Below are positions 21,781 through 34,290 of a DNA stretch of 38,836 nt, piece after piece. How positions within the stretch are numbered: position 1 is the stretch's first letter; the number at the start of each line of letters is the position of its first letter. Position numbers and translations under genes: made by a program. The notes beneath the pieces were generated by a model that was not told where the DNA came from, searched no databases, and saw only the letters and a list, made by a program, of their open reading frames with translations. Source of the stretch: Klebsormidium nitens (Eukaryota; Plantae; Klebsormidiophyceae); assembly GCA_000708835.1 (NCBI GenBank), contig DF237685.1:1-38836 (forward strand). The letters are read 5' to 3'.

Positions 21781-24700
21781 ATGGCGAGCAAGCGACGGCC
21801 ATTGATTAGTAATGTTGCTGGTGCTGTTGTACTTTTGCTGGTGCTGTTGTTGGTGCGACGGGCATGGATGAGCAAGTCTGTTGTTGCTGGTGCTTTTGTG
21901 ATTTTGCTGGTGCCGTTATTGGTTCTGGTAGGCAGGTTGTGTCGGGCGCCACAGACGTCAGACATGGCACCTGGTCTGCTGCGAGAACTCGAGAGGCTGC
22001 GCGCCAAGATCGAGCGCAATGCCCACAATCCGGCCGCCCTTACCCGTGCCTTCATCTCAGTGTCTGAGCTCGTGCCTAGCTACTTTACAACGAGCGTTGG
22101 CGAAACACAGTCCCGGGAAGTATTGGAATCAAGGACAAGGCACTCTTGGCGATGGGTGGAGCTGCCACAATTTCCCCTCCGTAGATTCTTGCCTTTGGCG
22201 GCCAGGGCGCTCTGCCGGTTCCCTGAAGAAAGGGGCCTTGTGCTTATGATAGCAGACCTCTGCACAGACTTGTTTAAGCAGAACATGATTGCGAAGATGG
22301 AGGGGATGCGGTGTGGGATCCTGCAGGGCCTCTGCTCGGCTGCGGGGCAGGTGGCGCTGTCCGAACCTTTTTCACAGGATGACATGCTGTTTGCGGAGCG
22401 CATCTTTGGGGCCATCCGGAAGGTGGTAGAGCCTGCAAGCATCGGATTCTACTCGCAGCCGGTAGATGTCAAGGAAGAGTTCTACTCCGTGGAGAGAAGC
22501 GCGTGGGGCGAGGTCAATGTGGGGGACACTCTGAGGGTTCTGGCGGCCCGAGAAGGTTGGGAGAGCTTTGACGGGCCACCAGCTGCAAACCATGCAATCT
22601 TGCTCACGCTGCATTACATCAAAAAGCATCCTGCAATGACGAACATGGACCACTACCTCGAAGTGCTGAGGAACATTGCGGAGGCGTTCGGAAACATGTT
22701 CCCTACGGTGGCTGAAAATGCTGCATTCAGCAGGTGAGTCGCCTGACTTTTCGGTTGGAAACTCTTTGCTTGTATGAGTCAGAATGTGTCCCCTCTTACG
22801 CGACTTCATATGCATAATGGTATGTTTTCATTTTGGCTAAATGTTTTTAGCAATTTTGCCCTAAAGCTCCTGGCAAAATGGTTGGCTGTGGTGGTCACAC
22901 AGTATGCCCGCGTGGGTGATATGAAATAAGCACAGGCTCTTGAGATTGGAGGCACCAGTCACATGCCATTCTTCTGCCTGTGGTCGTCCCTCTACTTCTG
23001 GTCACCCCCCTTGCTGAGACGGCACAGTCTGCAAAGCTCTCTATGCACTTCTCTTGTGGCTTTGTTTCTCTTCACTCAGAGAATTGCCGGCCCAACTTCC
23101 TCGTAGCTGTCAGGCGCCGTTGAAACCCTCTCTATCTTCCAAAGCTAGCATCCATGAATCCTCCTTGCTATCTTCCCACTTCAAGCATTTTTCCCAAGTG
23201 CATTGCAGAGTGTCTCACGGGTGCCTCATGCTTGGGGAGTGGAGAATGCCTCCTTCCTCACAGGCATGCTTCCGGCAGTCATTTCAAAGCGGTGTTGAAG
23301 CACATCCCCTGGTCTACTCACACTTTCAAGCTCTCCGCCTTTGCAGCTTTGTGAAGGACACTCTGGAAACAGCCAGAAGGCCGGCCCAGCCACAGCACCT
23401 TACACGGATCCAAATGGACCTGATTGATGAGGCTCTGCTGATCTACAAGCGGACCTTGAACCCCTCCGAGTTCCCTTGGAATCACAGGTATGCGCTTTGC
23501 GCCACACAATTGACCAACTGATTGTGTTCACACCCTTGAGTATGTCAAGAGCTCGATCATCAAGGAGGTTTGTGCTGCGGTTGAGAGGATTGCAGCTTTT
23601 TTGAGGCATGCTAGAGTACGCGGGAGGTTTCTATTAATCACAGTGCTTTCCTTCAATATGTGAGTGGTGTAACTCACTCAACATTTTCTGTCCTTGAACA
23701 TCAATTACCCATTGAAATGGCTCTTGGAAAACGGCTCTGAATAATACTCAGCTCAAGCCTTGTTCCACCTTCGAAGAGGCAGCTAATATTGCTCTCTTTG
23801 CAGCAGTATCTTGCAGCGAGTCCTCTGAACGGAATCGTTTGCTAGCTCCTGGAGGGGTTCAAGCTCAAAAGCAGTACAGTATGTCAATTCTGATCAGCCA
23901 AGCCAAATTTTTCGGCACTGCTGCTTTCACACCAATGTGAGCGGATTGATACATGCAGACAACGGACCTCTTCCAGGCCTTGGAATTCTCATAGTCAACG
24001 AGATCACCAACAAGAAAACGCCAGCATGTCTCCATCTTCTTCTCCTTTTTTCTGATTTCACCGCAGGGAGGAGGGTGGGTATCCCCCCCGGGTGGGGTTC
24101 CCTCGGATCCACACGACTTCGAGGGTTCTAAGGATACTTCAAAATCAACCGGGCTATGCTCCCGGCCACCCCCTTTTAAGATACGACAGAATTACAATAT
24201 ACGGGTTTGCGTTCGAAGTGTAACCTTTTGAATGACCTGGTGGGAGCCGTGTTGAAGCGGGTACCTTCGTTCGGTCTGGACCGTTTGTTGGAGGTGTAGA
24301 AAAGAATTGATTAACTGATGACCGTATTTCGGTTTGAAAGAACCGATTCCGTGTAGAAATGTATTCAGGCAACCGACAGGATGCATGTCTCCATCTCCTG
24401 CAGCAAACCGGCGCTGCTGCCCGCCCTCAACCGCTTGTACGTGCAAGGCGCCGGGCTTCTCAACCTGGTCCCACTCTCCCTTCTCGTCGGCGCCGAGAAC
24501 CTGGGTCGCCAAGAGCACAGGGCGACGGTCTGTGAAACCGCTCGCAAGTATGAGAGCACCTGCGCGAAGTGTTCCAGGCTGCAGAGCGAGAGGCCAAGGG
24601 GGGATCCCCCCTTCAGGCGGTGCGCCCGCTGCCAGAGCGTCTTCTACTGCGGAGCCAACGTGAGGCTCTCCGCTCTCTTCTCTTGGGTTTCTTTAGCCTT

Positions 24701-26634
24701 TCTGTTATCTTTGTTTAGTTGCTTTGGTTTTCTTGTGAGAGACACTCTGACGAGAACGGATCGACGAAATCGAATCTTCCCATAGTGCCCTCGCTGCTGG
24801 AGCATCGTCGACTGCGGACCCGAAACGAGATTTTCCGCTTCCGTTCCTTCGATTCTCCTCGGCATAGATGTTCGGCGTTTCCGGTTGGCTTCCTTGCTGC
24901 ACCTCTAGCCAGAGTAAGTCGATGACAACGAGATTCTCCACATTCGGAGACTGCTTCCGCTGCCAGAGCGTCTTCTACTGCGGATTAACCGCGAGGCTGT
25001 CCGCTCTCGTCACTTGGGCTCCCTTCAACGTCTTCTCAGTCGTTCTTTTATTCTGTATCATTGTTGCTTGTGAATGACAGACTTTGCTGCACCCATGCCA
25101 AAAGCAAATCGATTAAACCGTAGTGCTCCCGCTGCGCGAGCGTCCTGTTTTGCGGACCCGACGTGAGGCTGTCCGCTCCTGTTCCTTCAGATCTCTTCGA
25201 TCATCATGTTCTTTCTTTCTGGTTTTCTTCCCTGCTGCGCCCGTGACCAAAGCGGGTTGATGACAACGAAAACTATGACGTTGGAGAATTGTTCCCGCTG
25301 CCGAGGCCTCTTCACCCCTTTCCTGATTATCTCTCTGTTCCTTGTCAAAACGTAACCTTGCACCCCTTGACCTTACCAGTAGGAGTTCCCCGTCTTTGAC
25401 AAATGCTCAGCTTACCGAAGCCTTTTTGAGTGCGGGGTTTACTATGAGGCGTTCGTTCTCGTTCTTGGGTCCTCTTCAACGTTTCTTTGCACCGTCTCCC
25501 TGTTGCTTGTAAAAGGCAGATAGTTCCGTGACCATGATTAACAAAGAAGAAAGCTCTCCGTGCTTCAGAGCTTCAACCGCAGGCGAAAGAGTATTCAAGT
25601 TTTGTATCTTGCGCTTGGTGAAATCTGTGTATCCTTTGTTTCCTTCCTCTGCTACTCGTGAATGCAGAGCTCTTCCGCCCGTGCCCTACTGATTCTTGAC
25701 TAGAAAAGGTCTCAGTCTCTGGAAAGTGCCGTGCCAGAGGAGCGGGTTCTATTGCGGGTTCGAGGCGTTCCGCTTTTGGTTCTCTTGGGTACGGTTGAAA
25801 GACCTACTTCGGGCTTGTCTCTTTGTTCACCCTCTTTCTGTAACAGTCCGGTCATTCCAAATTTCAAGCTCTTTGGAGCTTGCGACCTTAGCAGATTGAC
25901 GAGACCGGAGTTCTGATAGTTCCCTCAGGATGCGAAGCGTCTTCGACTGCGGGCGTGGCGTAAGTCAGTTGGCCCGTCTTACCTACTTCATTGTTTCATC
26001 GCGATTTAGCCTCCTTTTTTTGTGCCGCCCCGTTTCACAGTGCAAGTGTTTTTTCGGCGAGGACCGTAAATTTTCCGGCCATTCCTGCTTGCACGTACTC
26101 CTGTTCCTTTTCGACTTTTCGTCGTATCTTTCCCTTTCCTGTCACGTTCTTCAAGCTTTTAAACGCTGCGTCGGCTGGGCTGCTTGCAAGATCATCCAGC
26201 TCGGAAACTGAGAAAGCGACTCGAGCCCTCTGAATAATTTGTGTGGAGGAGCAGACTAAAAGCCGCAACCTCGGTCGCCGCAATCCTGCTTTTAGAGCGC
26301 AAGAGGTGGCGGTTTGTCAGCTTCGTTCACAGGTCAACCCCCGAGACTTGTGTGCGCCTGTAGGAGGTCACGACTTCATGAAAGTGGCCGCATTGTGCAC
26401 ATCGAACTCAAAATGTTTACGCTGTGGGTAACTTCGCCTTCGCCAGCGTCCGGCGCACGCCCGTACACTAGCGTCTCGACGGATTTGAGTCCAATCTGCA
26501 GTCTTCTCCAAGCTACGAATATTCTTGTCAGATATCACGGTTCTCTTCTCGTCCACTCATCCCGTTCCTGGTCGCCACTGCAGTGTCAACGGCTCCACTG
26601 GAGGGAGCATAGGCAGGTCTGCGTTGCACCATAA
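21781..26634 (+). CDS. Intact helical-domain + MYND zinc finger protein, copy 5 (type II), 466 aa, with two N-terminal hydrophobic segments
   Basis: Exons 21781-22733, 23347-23487, 24404-24659, 26584-26634 total 1401 nt, in frame. MYND: CAKC..CARCQSVFYCGAN|CQRLHWREHRQVC. Confidence 0.85.
24024..24396. mobile_element. 345-bp insertion flanked by a 14-bp direct repeat (TSD-like)
   Basis: GCATGTCTCCATCT at 24024-24037 and 24383-24396. The segment between is absent from the paralogous intron of gene B and has a T-rich left end. Confidence 0.55.
24785..25975 (+). repeat. Array of about 8 decayed copies of the MYND exon end + 5' splice site
   Basis: Units near 24786 (CPRCWSIVDCGPE), 24950 (CFRCQSVFYCGLT), 25124 (CSRCASVLFCGPD|GTGAGG), 25290, 25390, 25550, 25730 and 25930. 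Confidence 0.8.
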
Positions 26635-27615
26635 ATCAGAAGTATGCTGTACAGGCGTACAGACCGTAGCTAAGTTCAAAAATTGATCAACTAGTGTAGA
26701 GGATAAAAGTGGGCGGAGCCCCACTTTGTGCGCCGCGACATCAACGCCCGCCCAACCAACCTCGGGGGTGGCCAGGTCGCCGGTGAAGGATAGCCTGTAG
26801 ATACTTTGAGTTCTGCAGTCACTTCGTCTCAGAACCTTCATACGGTCTTGATCGGAGCTAATGTGCTCTTTCAGATCAATCACAAAAATGCAGGTCGACG
26901 GGTGATTGGTGACAGTTCAGAGAAACGTCTTTGTGATCAGAGTCCACCCCGTATTTGAGAAGCAGAATACGTGTACTACATGGTTGTCAGGCTTTGAGTT
27001 AAGGAGATCGTCGAAGTTCGATCACTTTCATGCATGTTAAACGGATGTCCCTTGCATATATACTGCGATTGCGAGCCTGCTCTGCAGAATCTTCACATAT
27101 GATGATTGCCTCTCAGAGACTACTTCACAGTAGATAATTCGACCAATCTCAATATCCCTGCCGTCGATTCCTGCAATGTGATTATACAACGTGAGTCCAT
27201 ACATGCATGTGCATATTTTGCAGATATGACGTTGGTAGAGGGCATGTTCAAATACATGGCATTCAAGTTTTACTGCGCATAAGGAGCTGGCATGTGTGCA
27301 TGCACTGATACTCGCTACATGCAGGTTTGTGATTTGGCATATACGCTCATGCCAAGTAAGTTGGTATGCATGGTCAACCAGATCGACCAGCACGCCAACC
27401 GCACCGTTCGCAAATTGTGTGCCAGCTCTTACCAGATCGAAAACGAAGATATAGAAACCGGCTTGAGTCACAATCACTGAGACAGTCAGCTTAAGCGGTT
27501 ATTGGACAGGCCTTAGTAGTGCACGCTTAAGGTGACACAACCGTCCGCATTATGTTTTTGAAGCCCTTGAAGACATGCCGATATGCACTTACCTTGCTGG
27601 CTAACACATAGTTTG

Positions 27616-28035
27616 TCAAGTATGTAGACTGTCACCGTCTGTTCGTTCAAGACTACTCCTCGGACCTGGTTCTGGCAGGTTCAGGGTACTCTCAATCTCT
27701 TCTTTTAAAATCTCAATGTCACAAGAAGTCCTGATCTTTCCAGGGACAAGAATCAGCCCTACATACTTGGAGTCTAATGAAGGAACCTTCGAGGGTTCTC
27801 CTCCCAGGGGGACTGGCAGGGGGCCCTCAACAGGAGTCCGACTCCGATACTCAACAGCCTCAGAGAGCAGCAGATTCCCTTGTTTATCTAGACAGTAAAG
27901 GTTCCCAGAAAAGTTTCTACCATCTTTGATACCAACCCGCAACCGCCGAGACAAGAGCTTCTTAGCTTTCTGAATTGCCACCCTTGATTCGTCCTCCTTT
28001 TCTGGTCCCTCTGATGCGCCTGTATCTGAATGCAT
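27616..28035 (-). CDS. NAA38: Sm-like (LSm) protein, most similar in pattern to NatC auxiliary subunit NAA38/LSMD1
   Basis: Sm1 motif LLSRRLRVGIKDGRNFSGNLYCLDKQGNLLLSEAVEY and Sm2 motif YVGLILVPGK. An acceptor-like TGCAG just upstream (~28045) suggests a 5' intron. Confidence 0.7.
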   Translation of the reverse strand: MHSDTGASEGPEKEDESRVAIQKAKKLLSRRLRVGIKDGRNFSGNLYCLDKQGNLLLSEAVEYRSRTPVEGPLPVPLGGEPSKVPSLDSKYVGLILVPGKIRTSCDIEILKEEIESTLNLPEPGPRSSLERTDGDSLHT

Positions 28036-29665
28036 TCTTTTGCCTGCAATTCAATGTGTAACTTCTTCCTTAAAATCCCTGATCCAATATGTCCAGAGGC
28101 GAACCTTGTCCGCATTCTGGAATAGCCCTTTCCCTGACCATACTTTATCTGAAGTATCAAATGAAACCACAAACGCACCTGAAGGAGTACCAACGGCCAT
28201 TTGCCCCCCATTGATTAACTTCAAGGTGAGAGCTCCAAATAATCAAATCTGACAATCACCAAACTCACTCATCCTTCTTCATACCGCTGAAGACTATACT
28301 TCTGTTCAGCAAGCTGCGAGACTTTGTGCGGACTACTGCGCAGCTACCCTCCCAGCAGAAGAAACTCGCACTGTTGAAAAGAAAGGCAAAGTTGCTGACG
28401 ACTTCAACTCTCATTGCACACCAATATAGACTGGACTTAACCCTTTGAACGCTTTACAACTAGCACACTCACTCACCACAGGCAACCCCTTTCGCGTCTC
28501 CCAGATTGATTGACCGGCTGCTCCACCACTGCGCACCGTGGTGGTCCTCCCTTTCCTACACTTGACTCCTACTACAGAAGACACAGGACCCAATCCTCGT
28601 GCTTTGCAAACTATCTTACATCATACAAACATGGGTGGTCAAAGCATTGACTTCATTCAAAGCGAGTCACTTTTGTAGACAGCTAGCATTTGGCAGTGAC
28701 GCTGATGTCTTTTGCGGTTCGCCTCTGATGTCAGTCCTCTCAAGCCTAATGCCTACCCTTCTGGTCCAGCTCACGTGTCAACAGTCATGTCGTTTGCCGT
28801 CAGCATTTGGAAAGCAATCGCCATTTGCTCTCTCCCCCATTGCGAAGGCATCAATGTCATCATGACAGGATCTCCTCCATTCGACACAAGTGCTCTTTCC
28901 CGAGCGTTTTGCAATTTGTACTAACTTAACCGGCGTGATTTGCGGGTCCTACTTTTTCTGTCGCAATCCTACACGTCGGTTCCTCGTCAACCGGCCTTGT
29001 TTTACCGGCCTTGTTTTACCTTGTGACTTTCCAATGAGTAAGCCCTGGTGGAGCCTGACCGGCCGGAGAATACTTGGACAGTATTAGACTATTGTGGGCC
29101 CGCGCAACTCGCGCCTCGGTTAGGGGCCCGTAACCGGGAGTGGAATCAAACAGGTAGCCAGAAAGCCCTAGCTCAGGCTGTACCGTGTACGTACGCTGGA
29201 AAGGGATGACAAGAGGGAGGCTGAGGCAGACGCTGGACATTTTCCCAAATGCTTCGGCTAGGGCGGCCAGTGTAGAACTAAAACTTAGAAGGGACCTGGG
29301 AAGAACAGCTAGAAGCGCTACGCGCGATCAAAGACCATCAAAGAAGTGCCAAGAAGCGCGGGAGCTGTGACGCGCTGCGTTTGAGCCACCGTTTGCTGTT
29401 CCCCCTGCTCAGACTTTGGTTCACGCTCGCAGAACAACTGCTTGGAAGCCTGTTTTGAGCCGGAGCCCTTGTGGCAGCCGTTAAAGTTAAAGGTGTTGCA
29501 ATAGGAGTGTCAAAGCTCATTTCTTGGGTGCGTCACGAAATCTCTAGGAAAAAGTTCTTCCAGCTCTCCTGTCCACCAGTTCCTTGTTGTGAACCCGAGT
29601 CTTCATCCATGCAAGCACAGTCTCAAGGAAAGTTTTAGGGTTTGCTTTAACCGCGGGGCGGGGTT

Positions 29666-32600
29666 ATGGCCACCACCCCAGCCGGCCGCAACCGATCACG
29701 GCACTCTCGACTAAACCCTGAGGTCCATTCTTGGAGCATGCCGCTGGCAGGGGAGGGAGAAGAGCAGACGGTTCCGGAGTTTCCACCCCTGATCGATCTC
29801 AGCATTCCGCTGCCAAAGTCACGGTTTATACCGGTGAGTTGGGAATGCAAGGCGCTGAATATGTCATGCACATGCAGGTGCCTATTTCATGCAGTCTGCT
29901 TCATTGGTATGTCATTACCTACTTTTCGGTTAAAGTATGAAGTGGTCAGAAAAAGTTCGATCGACATTGGGGTGAGGGGCCTCTCGAGCTGGTAAGTGCG
30001 CGTGACTTCTCGCGAAGCTCCTGCAATCACAGAGTCCGGCCTGAGGATCTGTTTGTCAGTCAGCTTTCCCCCTTGCTTTAGACCTAATCCGGTGGGTCAC
30101 ATCATGACTCCTTTCCAACTAGAGATCTTGTGTGAGAATGTCCAGGTACTTGAGCACGCAGTCAGAGAATGGGGAGTTAATAAAGGAGGGGGGAAGAAAA
30201 AGAAGAGCATCCGGTTGAAACGGGGAAAAGTGGTCAACTCTAGATTTGCAAACTTGTCATCTTTTGACACCGCGCAGGTGCCCCACGTACGGCAATCGTA
30301 CGCATGGGACTGTGGCCTGGCATGTGTCCTAATGGTTCTCAGGGCGCTCGGGTTCACTGGTGTCAACCTTAAAACGCTGCGGCAAATGTGCCCCACAATG
30401 AGGTGAGCCGGTTCTGTTCTGCTTTTACCCAACGTGGTTTGTGTTGAAGATGTTTTGGAGCGGTGTCTTTGGTTTCTGGTCTGCTTACTTTGAGCGAGTG
30501 CCTCAGGTCACGGATCTTCGCAACATTCACGGAGAAGGCTCTGGATGGTAAATGTATTGGTGCCCCGGAGACTGTTCATCTCGAAATGCACGCTGCTTCT
30601 GCTGTGTGCTAAACGCTCCTGCTATTCTAGATGGTGAATCATATTCAGACGCTTCTGCTGTTTCAGCTTCTTTTGTTGTTCTGGATGGTTCTCCCAACAA
30701 CAGACTCTTCTTGATGATCCCTCCTGATGCAGAAAGTTCAACGGCTTGAAGCTTTTTCAAGCTCAAACACCTCCGCTTTGAGGAAAAAGTTTGTCATTTC
30801 ACACACTTCTGCCGTCCCGAAGCATTGGCCGCTTTGACCTTTTCAGAATGCCTGCCGTTTTGTGCACTGCTGACGCGTCTGACGCTTGCAGCGTTTGGAG
30901 CGTGGACTTGGCGCACCTGCTGCGGCGCTTTGGTGTGGACGTACAACTGCTAACTGTGACGATCGGTGCCAACCCTGGCTTCGCGGACGAAAAGTTCTAC
31001 AAGGTGGGCCGCCGTGCTTCTCGTGAACTTCATTTTGTCATCTCTGCTTCGTTTGCCTCATACTTCCTCCTCTTCTCGCATTCCTATCTCGTTTTTCTTC
31101 TTTTGGCTTCAGCTTCCTCCGGAATGCCCCCATCGACTATCGGTGAATCGTTTGGCCTTTTTGTCCGGCGCAAACTCTGGACTTGCCAATCAAGAAAGCG
31201 ACATGGTGGGTCGCTTGTCACATGAAACGGTATCATTGGCCCTTCGGCAGTCCTTTCGTTCAACTCAGGTCCACGTCCTGTTCTCTTATCCTGATTCCTT
31301 GTGGCTTTTCCGGGTTATGCTCTGTTCCTATGGTCCACCTGCAATCCAACCGAGAAGGCGCCGTTGGGCATTGTCTGAAAGTATGCTCAGGTTTCGTCTT
31401 TTCAGTCAGTTCTTTGAAGTCGTACAATCATCCTTGCGTGGAATATGAATGTTTGGTACCTTGCAGACCCCGATATGTGGGTCAGCTTCTGCCTGTTGTT
31501 TACCAGACGTTAGCAGCAATGGTGGATGTGGGATCGATAGTTGGGGCATTGTCTCAATCTGCTTTCCCGGCACTCTCCTAACCTTCATCGTATCGCGTTG
31601 CTTTCGAAGTGAAGCTCTGCTTTGCATCTGGTGAAGTTTGTCATGATTGATCAACTGCCGCCATTAGTGCCTTCATCCCCCTGACTGAGGAGGTCCGCCA
31701 TTTCCAGCCACAACCGTAACTGAACGGCTTTCTGATCTGAGAACGTCGACCTGCTCCAGGGTTAAACTTACACTCCAAAAAGACTTGTTTTCTCGGTTTT
31801 GCAGGAGAACATGGCAGATGACGTGGATCGGGTAAATAGGCTGTTCGAGAACGCAGGTCGCGCAGGCATTTCAATCCAGGTGGGCACCGGCAGAACGCCC
31901 TTACCCGAGCACAAACCGTGAATTGCTGATGTTGCTATTTGATCCACTCTGTGCGACGAGTATTCAATCACCAATCGTCGCTTCTAGCTGGCCTCTGAAC
32001 TATGGTCAGTTCCTGTGACTGTCGCTTCCTAGTTATTGCTCTGAGCGAAAGACGTGGACCATCTGTCGTGACCAGCTTGTACCCTCTTTCTTGCAGTGCC
32101 GGTCGATATCGAGCGACGTGTTCCGGTCGCTCGTCCTCTGCGGGCGGTACATAGTCATCGCCCTCATAGATAAAAAGTGGTTCCGGTGCGTGCTCATCCC
32201 GCCTTCTTTGAGAATGTGCAATTAGCACTCGTCTAGATCCGAGGGTATGGAAAACCAGCTTTACGCGTTGCCGTAAAAGTCGGTTCGTCTTGAGCGGAAC
32301 CTTTACCCTCTACCCTCTACCCTTTACCCTCGCGTTTGTTCCTCATCTTTGGTTTTTTCTCGAAACAGTTCTTGAGCTCATACCCGTCCGGGTTCTAGAG
32401 TATCTCATCTCAAGTCAGCGTGTTGTAGACCGTGAAAGCTGCGGACCGAATGCCATTCGAGACAGCGCCACTTGTTTCCTGACGAGGAAATCCGCATAAG
32501 CTTTTCCAAGCCGGGCCAGTCAGAATTGCACACCCAACCTTGTGTGTGCAACGGCCAGAGGTTCTCCATCAGCCCTTGCCAATCTGTCGTGAAGAAAAGG

Positions 32601-34290
32601 ACCGTCGTAAAGAGCTTGTTGTGCTAAGCCAGCTGTCCCAATTCCGCAGGAGTCTCGGCTGGACGCACGAGTTCTGCTTCCCAGACTGCTTCGGTCTGTC
32701 AAGCGGGTATACAGGTCAGCCGACTCATGACCAGCCCATTAGTTCCCGCTTGCCTTACGTAGACCTAGTAATAAGAAGTGTTTTGTGTTCCCTGACGCCC
32801 TAAAACTCGATTTTGAAAATCCACGTTGGCCTAATGGAAGCGCCCAGCGACAGGCAGAGGTGGTTTGGGAGTTTTAGCTGTGCTTGTCAGGGTTGGTTAG
32901 CTTGCTAGAGTTTGATTTCTTAGGGTGGTAGGGGTGGATAGCTTATGAAACCGAATCCAGGTTTTTTGAATCGCGACATTTGCCTGGTTATTCTTTGCTC
33001 GCACGCCCTTGATAAATAAGGCAATTGAGACGGATCGAAGCAACCGCTCAAGACTCGACCCGATGTTCGTCTTTCCCTTTCATTTCTGAACACTCTGTGC
33101 TCTGTCAGACTTGGGCAAGAAAACTGGGCGTCGTCGCCTGACTGTGCGCTTTTGTGTGACAGGGCATTATATCGTTGTCTGCGGGTACGATCACGACCGG
33201 GACGAGTACGAGATCCGCGACCCGTCAAGTAGTAGGTAAGGAGCGGGCGGCACCCTTTTAATGGGTTCCGTCGTACGGCGCCATAACTTAGCTTCTTGTG
33301 GCCTGGGCTTTTGCTCACAACCATTGAGTCTGGAACACGTCAACAGTGCCGCTCCAGGTAAATGAAGCGTAGAGCGCCCGGTGAGGTCGTTCTTTCAAGT
33401 CAAGTTCGCCGTTCGTGAGTCAGCGAGTCACCTGTGCGCTGTCTCTTTGGAAGCTTCCATCTTCTCGCAACAACATCACAAGATTCGTCTGTACTGTCTG
33501 CCTCTCTGGCGCCCTAGAACTCTTTGCTGACTGCGGAAGTCAAGCCGTCCAATGGTGACAAGCGGGAGTCCAGGTTTCCATTCTTACATTTGGCAGGCTG
33601 CTGGCTGTCGTGTTGTTTGACGACTTTGTTGGTTTCATGGCAAGCCCTTGAATGCGCTCGTCGATGTTGAGAGTCTTTAAGACTTGTCACTGGAGTCGTC
33701 CGTGGGATCGACAGTGGCCTGACTCCACTGGTGTTAGCACGCGTCATGTGTATTTTGAGTCCTGTATGCGCCTCTTCTCCTCACCTATCGGTCCTCTCCA
33801 GCTCATCCTTCTCATCCTGATTTTGCAGTGAGGTTCAAAGAGTCTCCACAGGCGCTTTGGAGGCAGCTCGGCGGAGTTACGGAACAGACGAGGATTTGTT
33901 GCTGGTGAGCCTTTTGAAATCTGCATCTCAACGTGCCGTTTCCCATTTCGGCGGTAGCGTCTACTCTGTTGCAATGAAAGCACGTGTGTTTCTAAGCATC
34001 TGCCGAGCACAAAGTGTTTCCAGAACCAAATCTTTTCTGTGCGAATGTTTGAATTGCAACTTCGTTGAGTGCATTGCCACCATCTTGTCTTATCACCCAT
34101 TTTAGTACATATCTTTATACTCAGAAGATGGATGGTGTCCTCTTTTTCATTGATATACTGAGCTGTTCGCAACTGTTTTTCAAACTTTTTCTTTTGTCTT
34201 TCGCAGATTTCGTATGCGCTCGAGGAGGACGAGGAAAGTTTAGGCAGGGGGCGGTCTCGGCTCGAAACATCGACCACAGCAGTTCGATAG
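29666..34290 (+). CDS. GUCD1: GUCD1-like protein (Guanylate_cyc_2 / peptidase C39-like fold)
   Basis: Exons 29666 or 29738-29833, 30278-30402 (VPHVRQSYAWDCGLAC), 30892-31003 (VWSVDLAHLL), 31805-31879, 32097-32185, 32650-32714, 33163-33235 (GHYIVVCGYD..EIRDP), 33829-33904 (ARRSYGTDEDLLL), 34207-34290. Phases are consistent; the start codon is uncertain. Confidence 0.85.

Noticed and set aside
27037-27477. 146-aa ORF in a CATG/TGCA-rich stretch (similar composition at 11640-11930)
   Set aside because: No motif, no ATG start and no splice support; likely intergenic.
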